In this document: positions 17,501-24,030 of the stretch, one piece after another | Layout: each line of letters starts with the position of its first letter | Numbering within the stretch: the stretch's first letter is position 1 | Source: a virus | Taxonomy: Duplodnaviria; Heunggongvirae; Uroviricota; Caudoviricetes | Virus record (IMG/VR): IMGVR_UViG_3300021438_000001 | Span: 1-39,452 of that record | Strand: one strand, 5' to 3' | DNA length: 39,452 nt | The notes under the pieces: generated by a model | Seen by the model: only the letters and a program-made list of their open reading frames with translations | Database searches by the model: none | Told to the model about the DNA's origin: nothing | Translations under genes and position numbers: made by a program

Positions 17501-18837
17501 TGCCCGTATTTAAGATCACTGGAATCAACGAGCGCGGAGAAAAGCGGACGTTTGAGTACAACAACTTCACCAGCGAGTTCAAGGACGCCTGGGGGAACCC
17601 GATTACGCAATTGCTTGAAGTGCAAGAGCGCGGCCTTGCTATCGTCACGAGCAAAGAAACGCCCGCTGGCAAAGCAACGCCCCGAGTTTTGAAAATCTCT
17701 CTGGGTCTGTCATGCAACTACGAGTGCGAGTATTGCAGCCAGCGTTTCGTGCCCCGTGCCGGCGAGACAAACCCAGGCGACGTTGAAGAATTCATGGGGT
17801 CGCTGGACAACTGGGTGACAAAACCGCCAGAGAAGATTGAGTTCTGGGGTGGTGAGCCGTTCGTCTACATTAAGACGCTTCGCCCACTGTCGGAAGCTCT
17901 GAAAGCGAAATACCCTGATGCCGTGATGTCCATCATCACGAACGGTTCGCTTTTGACGAAGGAGCTGAATGACTGGATCGAGAAGATGGAGTTCCAGATC
18001 GGTATTTCCCACGATGGTCCTGGGCAACACGTTCGCGGCCCAGACCCGCTTGCAGACCCCAAGACAAAAGAAGCGATCATGGACTTGTATGCGCGCCTGA
18101 TGCCCAAAAAGCGCATCAGCTTCAACGCCATGATCAACCGCCACAATATGTCGCGGGCGGCAGTACAGAAGTACTTCCAAGAACTGACTGGCGATGCAGA
18201 CCTCTACATCGGTGAGGGTTCATTCGTGGATGCCTATGACGAGGGCGGTCTTGCGAACTCGCTGAAGCCGGAAGACGTGGCGCTGTATCGCAATCGTGCA
18301 TTCGCAGAGATTCGAAGCGGCAAAGCTGACAGGTTCGGCGTCGTGGCCAATCGTATCCAGTCGTTTGTAAACTCCATTCGCACATCGCGTCCGGCAAGCT
18401 CACTGGGTCAGAAGTGCGGCATGGATCGCACCGACAACATCGCGGTTGACCTGAAGGGCAACATCCTTACCTGCCAGAACGTGAGCGCGGCTGGCATCGC
18501 TCCTAACGGTGATTCGCACAAGATCGGTCACGTCTCTGATCTGGACAATGCAAAGCTCACAACGGCAACTCACTGGTCGAAGCGCGAGGAATGTCCGAAG
18601 TGCCCCATGCTGCAAATCTGTTCTGGCTCGTGCATGTTCCTCGAAGGGCCATTGTGGGACGCTTCGTGCGACAACGCATTCTCGGACGCAGTGCCGATCT
18701 TTGCTGCTGGCATGGAGTTCTTGACTGGGTTTGCCCCTATCCGCATCGACGGGCCGCAGCGTGAAGATCGGAAAGACCTGTGGAAGACGGCGCCAGTGCC
18801 TCAGAAGCGTGTCATCCCGATCAAGGCGGCAGCGTGA
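17500..18837 (+). CDS. radical SAM / SPASM-domain protein
   Basis: 445 aa. CNYECEYC (CxxxCxxC), FWGGEP, SIITNGSLL, GISHDG, and a complete SPASM motif C-x13-G-x4-C…C-x2-C-x5-C-x3-C-x11-C. Confidence 0.92.
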   Translation: MPVFKITGINERGEKRTFEYNNFTSEFKDAWGNPITQLLEVQERGLAIVTSKETPAGKATPRVLKISLGLSCNYECEYCSQRFVPRAGETNPGDVEEFMGSLDNWVTKPPEKIEFWGGEPFVYIKTLRPLSEALKAKYPDAVMSIITNGSLLTKELNDWIEKMEFQIGISHDGPGQHVRGPDPLADPKTKEAIMDLYARLMPKKRISFNAMINRHNMSRAAVQKYFQELTGDADLYIGEGSFVDAYDEGGLANSLKPEDVALYRNRAFAEIRSGKADRFGVVANRIQSFVNSIRTSRPASSLGQKCGMDRTDNIAVDLKGNILTCQNVSAAGIAPNGDSHKIGHVSDLDNAKLTTATHWSKREECPKCPMLQICSGSCMFLEGPLWDASCDNAFSDAVPIFAAGMEFLTGFAPIRIDGPQREDRKDLWKTAPVPQKRVIPIKAAA

Positions 18838-19589
18838 AGATCATCGGCATCCCTCTCACGTCTGAGGGGGTTGCGTCAGAATTCATGCAGGCGGTTGCTG
18901 GCGACAAGATTCTGGTGAGCGCCTCGCACATCAAGCACTGGGCGCCTGAAGAGAACAATGACTTCGTGTGTGCCCAGGCTGGCTACCGATACCTGATCTC
19001 TGAAGGCTACTGTCTGCTTACCGAAGCGGAGTTCTGGCTGCTGCATCGGCACAATGATTTGCCTGCCAAGGTCATTGTCTCCGTCAACGCCTGGCTTTCA
19101 CCAAGCGGGGCGCGGCACTGGCCGTCAGAGGCGGCAACGCTCGTCATGGGGTTTCTGGATCGGCTGCAAGCGACGACAGACCGTGAGATCGGTTACATCT
19201 GCCAAGGTAGCCCAAAGCTGTATGACAGCCTGGCCGCCGAGCTGATCATGGCGCTTGATTGCGAAGTGATCGACACCCCATCGTCGGCCGATCTTGCGTA
19301 CTCGGCGATTCGGCAGCATAACCCACTTCCCAAGTACATCCTCAGTCGGTCGCATTACGACGATTTGAATGTCGGATGCGCCAATGTAATCGGCTCTTTT
19401 GGTGGGATTTACGCGCACACGCCCCATTTCTTGTCACAGATTGATAAGGCAAGTAGAATCTGGGCTGTGCGAATCGGCGATAAGAGCGAGATCGAATCGC
19501 TCGGCGTTGAGGAGCTGCGTTCTAGGATGCAGTCAAATGATGGGAGTCTGAATAGCCAGACCCTGATTATCGAAGTTCAAGAAGGATAA
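18834..19589 (+). CDS. hypothetical protein resembling class III (tetrapyrrole/borosin-like) SAM methyltransferases
   Basis: GTG start 18834 overlaps the radical SAM stop; 251 aa. IGYICQGSPKLY…EVIDTPSSADLAYSAI aligns by eye to the family's GDP/GHP…VxPGxS motif. Remote similarity, not searched. Confidence 0.45.
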   Translation: MKIIGIPLTSEGVASEFMQAVAGDKILVSASHIKHWAPEENNDFVCAQAGYRYLISEGYCLLTEAEFWLLHRHNDLPAKVIVSVNAWLSPSGARHWPSEAATLVMGFLDRLQATTDREIGYICQGSPKLYDSLAAELIMALDCEVIDTPSSADLAYSAIRQHNPLPKYILSRSHYDDLNVGCANVIGSFGGIYAHTPHFLSQIDKASRIWAVRIGDKSEIESLGVEELRSRMQSNDGSLNSQTLIIEVQEG

Positions 19590-19592
19590 ACG

Positions 19593-19847
19593 ATGGCAAA
19601 AAAACAACCTGAACCCGTGGCCGAGCCGGTATTGGAGAAAGTTCCGCATCCTCCGACTCCACAGTGGATTGTGGGCAAGTGCGATGACACAGGCGTTCGC
19701 GTCGTTCACCTCGCACAGAAGTTCTACCGCGAAGTGGAAGGGCAGATTGAGGAATGTGGGACAACTGGGGACGGTCAGCCGGATGCGAACTGGGCTAAGG
19801 TATCGGATGTGCCACAGAAAGCTCTTTCGATGCTTGGCAAGCTGTAA
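19593..19847 (+). CDS. hypothetical protein
   Basis: 84-aa ORF with SD AAGGA; last gene of the tightly packed fibre/enzyme run. Confidence 0.7.
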   Translation: MAKKQPEPVAEPVLEKVPHPPTPQWIVGKCDDTGVRVVHLAQKFYREVEGQIEECGTTGDGQPDANWAKVSDVPQKALSMLGKL

Positions 19848-19860
19848 GTCACCATTGATC
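19847..19860. promoter_or_regulatory. operator variant
   Basis: AGTCA CCAT TGATC (2 mismatches), starting on the last A of the stop codon. Confidence 0.45.
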
Positions 19861-19867
19861 TATCTCA

Positions 19868-19897
19868 GCGCCCGCCATTGTGCGGGCGTCATCATTT
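19868..19897 (+). terminator. GC-rich hairpin, possible weak terminator
   Basis: GCGCCCGC-6nt-GCGGGCGT followed only by CATCATTT. Confidence 0.35.
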
Positions 19898-19916
19898 AGT
19901 CACCCGTGACTATAAT
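19898..19916 (+). promoter_or_regulatory. perfect operator fused to a -10 box
   Basis: AGTCA CCCG TGACT (19898-911) shares its last T with TATAAT (19911-16). Confidence 0.85.
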
Positions 19917-19922
19917 TTGTGA

Positions 19923-20213
19923 ATGACGAATCTAAAAGAAATGGCCGAGGTGTTGGGCCAATTCAAACATCGTTCCTACTGGAACCGTGAGAACACCTTG
20001 GAGTTCATTGCCTTCATGACGAAAATCGCCATCATTGTGCCTGGCCTGATTTTCGGCGTGCAGTGGTGGTGGCTCTACATCATCGCGTTCTTCACGAGTC
20101 TCATCCTTGTGCTGACATCCACCGTGAAGACGCTCCCCACAATTATCGTATTCAACTTCGCATGGATGGCTATTGCGGCAACCAGCGTGACAAAACATTT
20201 CATTGGAGCCTGA
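19923..20213 (+). CDS. small membrane protein (about 3 TM segments)
   Basis: 96 aa with three hydrophobic stretches (IAIIVPGLIFGV, WWLYIIAFFTSLILVL, IIVFNFAWMAIAA). Confidence 0.7.
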   Translation: MTNLKEMAEVLGQFKHRSYWNRENTLEFIAFMTKIAIIVPGLIFGVQWWWLYIIAFFTSLILVLTSTVKTLPTIIVFNFAWMAIAATSVTKHFIGA

Positions 20214-20214
20214 C

Positions 20215-21741
20215 ATGCGCCCAGTCAAGAATGTCGTAGTCGTTGGTGGTGGGGCGGCCGGATGGCTCGCAGCGTTGGCGGCGCAGAAGGTGTTGCCGCC
20301 CAATACATCCATCACCGTGATCGAAAGCACCAAGCTCGGCATCGTGGGTGTGGGTGAGTCCACCAACTTTGCTTTCGTCCAAGTGCTTGACCACTGTGGC
20401 ATCGACCCACTGGACTTCATTCGACATACCGAAGCCACCTTCAAGATCGGCTGTCACTTCGAGAACTTCGGCAACGATGGGAAGAGCTTCTTCATTCCCG
20501 TATCGGCGTTGCCAATGGCGGACGCGAACAATTTCCTGCCGAATCACCTGTCGTATCTTCGTGACTCCGACCTGATGCACGTTCACAAGGTTGCCACAAA
20601 CCAATCCGTCAACGACTTCGGTATCGCCAAGTTCGCATTGTCGAACCATGTTCCCTTCATCCGGACAAAAGAGGGCATTCGCAGCATCGGTGGATACCAG
20701 ATGCACATCAACGCAGGACTCTCTGCGAAGTACCTTGCAAAGACTGCGCTGGAGCGCGGTATCAACCACATCGACGCGATTGTGGAGGAGGTTGTCTGTT
20801 CAGAAGATGGGCAGATCACTGGGGTTCGACTGGACGATGGGCGGCTGGTCGAGATCGACTTCGCGTTCGACTGCACCGGATTCCGTCGCCTGATTATCGG
20901 CAAACACTTCCAAACGCCCTGGGTGGACTACACCAAGTACTTGCCTGTGGACAGCGCGATGCCGTTCATTACGCAGCACAGCAACAACCCTGTGAAGCCG
21001 TACACCCACTTCCGCGCTCGTAAGTTCGGCTGGTGCTGGAGCATTCCTACTCACAGTCGCGTGGGTAACGGATACGTCTTCGACTCAAGCCTTGTGTCGG
21101 ACGAAGACGTGCAGAAGGAGTTCCGCGAAGCAATCGACCCGAACGCTGAAGCACTCAAGCCGTTGCGCTTCAAAGCAGGGCGGTTCGAGAATGTCTGGGT
21201 GAAGAACTGCATGGCTCTGGGGCTGTCTTCTGGCTTCCTCGAACCAATGGACGGCACCAGCCTGGGTATCGCCATGAGTCAGCTCTTGAACTTCATCCGT
21301 AACCCGCAACTGATCTACACGTTGGACGAAACAGAGATCGCGGAGTTCAACGGCAGGGTGGCAAGCCTGGCTGAATTTGCACTATCCAATGTCTTCATGC
21401 ACTACGTCACTGGGCGCGACGACACGGAGTTCTGGCGCCGATTCAAGGTCGAGGACGGGCCGGCAAAGTTTCAAGAGTGGGTTGCAGCCTGGAGCCGACA
21501 CACCCCACGTCAGCGTGAAGTGGATACCGGAGAAGCATACACGTATGCGCCTTCGGCTCTCATTTGCAACTACGCAGGCACTAACTTGACCAAAGAAGCC
21601 TTCGTCCGAGAAAACGCGCTTCTGCGGCTGGATGAGGTTCTGGAGCAGACAAAGGCGGCGGTCGAGCATAACGTGCAGGAGGCCATGAAACACTGCCTTA
21701 CACAGCGGGAATTTATCAACCTTATACTAAGTCACCACTGA
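20215..21741 (+). CDS. flavin-dependent tryptophan-halogenase-like protein
   Basis: Start at ATG 20215 (SD GGAG), 508 aa. VVVVGGGAAGW (FAD-binding GxGxxG), GVGEST, ATFKIG (catalytic Lys position), FDCTGF, WCWSIP (WxWxIP halogenase signature), GFLEPMDGT. Confidence 0.88.
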   Translation: MRPVKNVVVVGGGAAGWLAALAAQKVLPPNTSITVIESTKLGIVGVGESTNFAFVQVLDHCGIDPLDFIRHTEATFKIGCHFENFGNDGKSFFIPVSALPMADANNFLPNHLSYLRDSDLMHVHKVATNQSVNDFGIAKFALSNHVPFIRTKEGIRSIGGYQMHINAGLSAKYLAKTALERGINHIDAIVEEVVCSEDGQITGVRLDDGRLVEIDFAFDCTGFRRLIIGKHFQTPWVDYTKYLPVDSAMPFITQHSNNPVKPYTHFRARKFGWCWSIPTHSRVGNGYVFDSSLVSDEDVQKEFREAIDPNAEALKPLRFKAGRFENVWVKNCMALGLSSGFLEPMDGTSLGIAMSQLLNFIRNPQLIYTLDETEIAEFNGRVASLAEFALSNVFMHYVTGRDDTEFWRRFKVEDGPAKFQEWVAAWSRHTPRQREVDTGEAYTYAPSALICNYAGTNLTKEAFVRENALLRLDEVLEQTKAAVEHNVQEAMKHCLTQREFINLILSHH

Positions 21742-21772
21742 CTTGACATTGGGCGGCACCTTGGGCGACAAT
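21730..21772 (+). promoter_or_regulatory. perfect operator abutting a -35 box
   Basis: AGTCA CCAC TGACT (21730-43), which includes the halogenase stop codon, overlaps TTGACA (21743-48); weak -10 GACAAT (21767-72). Confidence 0.75.
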
Positions 21773-21807
21773 GGTCGCCTATTGTTGTTCAACCCAAGGA
21801 AAGCGTG

Positions 21808-22173
21808 ATGTCCAAAGCTGCTGAATTTATCTCCCTCATGTTCTTCGCACGGAACTTCACGCACCGCGAACACCTCCGCACGACCGTCTACGCCCGCCAT
21901 ATGGCTTTGGGCGAGTTCTACGAGGCAATCATTGAGCTGGCTGACAAGTTCACTGAAACTTTCCAAGGGCGCTACGGCATCATCGAGGACGTTTCTCTCG
22001 ACCAGCTCGACATGGAAGCTGATTCGCTCACGCTGCTCGAAAAGCAGGTGGCGTGGATCGACGCAAACCGCTATCTGATCGCTCCGGTCAAAGACACCCC
22101 CATTCAGAACATTGTTGACGAGATCGTCGGCCAATACCTGCACACCATCTACAAATATCGCACCTTGATGTAA
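21808..22173 (+). CDS. ferritin/Dps-like four-helix protein (phage DUF5856-like)
   Basis: 121 aa. HREHLRT..YARHMALGEFYE.IIELADKFTETFQGRYG…IQNIVDEI…HTIYK, with metal-ligand-type His/Glu/Asp residues. Confidence 0.7.
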   Translation: MSKAAEFISLMFFARNFTHREHLRTTVYARHMALGEFYEAIIELADKFTETFQGRYGIIEDVSLDQLDMEADSLTLLEKQVAWIDANRYLIAPVKDTPIQNIVDEIVGQYLHTIYKYRTLM

Positions 22174-22186
22174 GTCAGGCGTGAGA
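22173..22186. promoter_or_regulatory. operator variant
   Basis: AGTCA GGCG TGAGA (2 mismatches), starting on the last A of the stop codon. Confidence 0.45.
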
Positions 22187-22206
22187 TAAATAAACGGAGG
22201 AGGCAG

Positions 22207-22638
22207 ATGCCTGAACCAATTACAACAGCAACTGGCGGTATCACTTTCGTCATCGGTAAGGGCTTGTCGGCTCTTGCCGGACTGATGGGTGGTCTGAGTA
22301 TCGCTGCCCTCTGGCAACCCCAAAAACTGCGTCGTCATGGCGCGCTTGCGGCTGGCGCAATCATCGGCGGCATGTCTGTCGGTGGCGCTGTCGCGCTCGG
22401 CGGCATGCTCGCTAAGTGGCTCGGTCTGGACTACGCCGATCTCGACGTGGTTCTGGGTATCGGATTCTTGGTCGGCGCATGTTCCGTCGGCCTCATCAAC
22501 CTTTTGGCGAACTTCTTTGACAACCACGAGGGTGACGACATCCTTGAAGTTGCCCAAGAGGTGAACAAGGCGCGTCAGACGCTTACGAAGAAGGCGCCTC
22601 GACGCAAGACAACTCGGAAACAGGGAGCGACTCAATGA
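22207..22638 (+). CDS. holin-like membrane protein
   Basis: 143 aa, about 3 Gly-rich TM stretches and a basic C-terminus (KKAPRRKTTRK); first gene of the lysis cluster; SD GGAGG. Confidence 0.6.
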   Translation: MPEPITTATGGITFVIGKGLSALAGLMGGLSIAALWQPQKLRRHGALAAGAIIGGMSVGGAVALGGMLAKWLGLDYADLDVVLGIGFLVGACSVGLINLLANFFDNHEGDDILEVAQEVNKARQTLTKKAPRRKTTRKQGATQ

Positions 22639-23090
22639 CCGACACATTCATCTTCACCATCGTCCTGATTGCCGACATTGTTGGCTTGCTTGCCATCATG
22701 GGGGCGCTATTCCGTCCGCATGTGCAGATGAACTTTCCTGGCTGGCACAAGGCCGGAATGATCGTGATCGCCGTATCGCTGCTCTTTCAGGGCGCCTTCT
22801 GCGTAACTGCATTGGCGACAGGCGTGGCGCCAGCACTTTCAGCATTCCCTTGGTGGGCGCTCAAGGACATTGGTTTCGCAACCATCGGCGGTGGCTACGC
22901 ATGGCACTACTACGGCGAGTTCAAAGATCGTCGCCGCCTGGCGCAAGAGATTGCCGAATCGCTGACCGCTGTTCAGCGGGTGAAAGAGGCTGTTCCAGCT
23001 AAGAAGACACCCGTGAAGAAGGCGCCGGCCAAAAAGACCGCTGGCGCCAAGACGGTAGCGGCCAAGACACCACGCCGGAAAGCAGCATGA
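22635..23090 (+). CDS. membrane protein (holin/antiholin-like) with a Lys/Ala/Pro-rich tail
   Basis: 151 aa, 3-4 hydrophobic segments, then AKKTPVKKAPAKKTAGAKTVAAKTPRRKAA. Confidence 0.55.
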   Translation: MTDTFIFTIVLIADIVGLLAIMGALFRPHVQMNFPGWHKAGMIVIAVSLLFQGAFCVTALATGVAPALSAFPWWALKDIGFATIGGGYAWHYYGEFKDRRRLAQEIAESLTAVQRVKEAVPAKKTPVKKAPAKKTAGAKTVAAKTPRRKAA

Positions 23091-23557
23091 TCAAACTCTT
23101 CGACCCAACTCCAATTCTTGTGGAGGTTGCGGTAGTGGTGGCAGTTGTCACTGGTACGTACTTCTACGCACATCACAAAGGCTACACCGAACACGCCGAT
23201 GAGCTGAGGGTGGAGGTAGCAAAGCGCAACGAACAGGAGCGCATCAAAGAGGAGCAGCACATCGAGGCTATCGGTGCGCTGGCAACCCAACTCGCAAAGG
23301 AGAAACAAAATGCGAAAGCTGCGAATGATCAGTATCGTGCCGCTCTTCGTGCTGGCACTGAGCGCATGTACGTCAACGTGCGTCCCGTACAAGCCGGCGG
23401 AGATTCCACCCCTGTCGCCGGAGATCGGAACGAAACGCGAGCCGAACTTGACCCCACGACTGCGCAAGAGCTTGTCGGCATCACCAACGACGGCGACGAC
23501 GCCATCCGGCAATTGAACGCCTGCATTGACGCTTACAACGTCATCCGTGGTAAATAA
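23087..23557 (+). CDS. Rz: inner-membrane spanin (Rz-like)
   Basis: 156 aa. N-terminal TM, coiled coil, and LRAGTERMYVNV…AELDP…LVGITNDGDDAIRQLNACI, which is the Rz pattern. Confidence 0.85.
   Translation: MIKLFDPTPILVEVAVVVAVVTGTYFYAHHKGYTEHADELRVEVAKRNEQERIKEEQHIEAIGALATQLAKEKQNAKAANDQYRAALRAGTERMYVNVRPVQAGGDSTPVAGDRNETRAELDPTTAQELVGITNDGDDAIRQLNACIDAYNVIRGK
23310..23516 (+). CDS. Rz1: outer-membrane lipoprotein spanin (Rz1-like), embedded in Rz in the +1 frame
   Basis: SD AAGGAG at 23297-302, ATG 23310, signal peptide MRKLRMISIVPLFVLA, lipobox LSAC, Pro-rich mature part. Confidence 0.82.
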   Translation: MRKLRMISIVPLFVLALSACTSTCVPYKPAEIPPLSPEIGTKREPNLTPRLRKSLSASPTTATTPSGN

Positions 23558-23575
23558 GTCACCCGTGAATATAAT
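23557..23575 (+). promoter_or_regulatory. operator plus -10 box upstream of the endolysin
   Basis: AGTCA CCCG TGAAT (23557-70) overlapping TATAAT (23570-75). Confidence 0.75.
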
Positions 23576-23583
23576 CTAACGAC

Positions 23584-24015
23584 ATGATCAACAGTCGAAG
23601 CATTTCCGATCTACACCCTGTTGTAGCCAAAAAAGTTCAGAGCTTTATAGACGCCTGCCACGCGCAAGGCATCGACTTGCTTCTGACTAGCACGTTCCGC
23701 GACATGGAGTCTCAAGCGGCTCTGTACGCGCAAGGTCGCACCACTCCAGGGAAGATCGTCACCAATGCCAAGCCTGGGCAATCGTTCCACAACTTTCGTG
23801 TCGCAGTGGACGTTGTTCCGCTGGTGAATGGCAAACCCGTCTGGGGCACGAGCGGAGAGGACGGCAAGCTCTGGGACAAAGTGGGCGCAATCGGAGAGTC
23901 GTGTGGTCTTGAATGGGCAAAACGCTGGAAGTCATTTCCAGAACTCGCCCACTTCCAGTACACCGGCGGTCTGAAACTCGCGGACTTCCAGGCTGGCAAG
24001 ACAATAGCCACGTAA
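23584..24015 (+). CDS. endolysin, peptidase M15 family (L-Ala-D-Glu peptidase-like)
   Basis: 143 aa. TFRDMESQAALYAQGRTTPG.IVTNAKPGQSFHNFRVAVDVV…GLEW…W….E.AHFQ carries the SxH…D…H Zn ligands. Confidence 0.9.
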   Translation: MINSRSISDLHPVVAKKVQSFIDACHAQGIDLLLTSTFRDMESQAALYAQGRTTPGKIVTNAKPGQSFHNFRVAVDVVPLVNGKPVWGTSGEDGKLWDKVGAIGESCGLEWAKRWKSFPELAHFQYTGGLKLADFQAGKTIAT

Positions 24016-24030
24016 CACCAAAGGAGAAAT

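Noticed and set aside
17500-21741. Radical SAM and halogenase as DNA-modification (e.g. 7-deazaguanine/QueE) or NrdG-type genes
   Set aside because: No QueC, QueD, FolE, DpdA or NrdD neighbours are in the window, and the full SPASM domain is not typical of QueE or NrdG. This remains possible only if partners lie outside the window.
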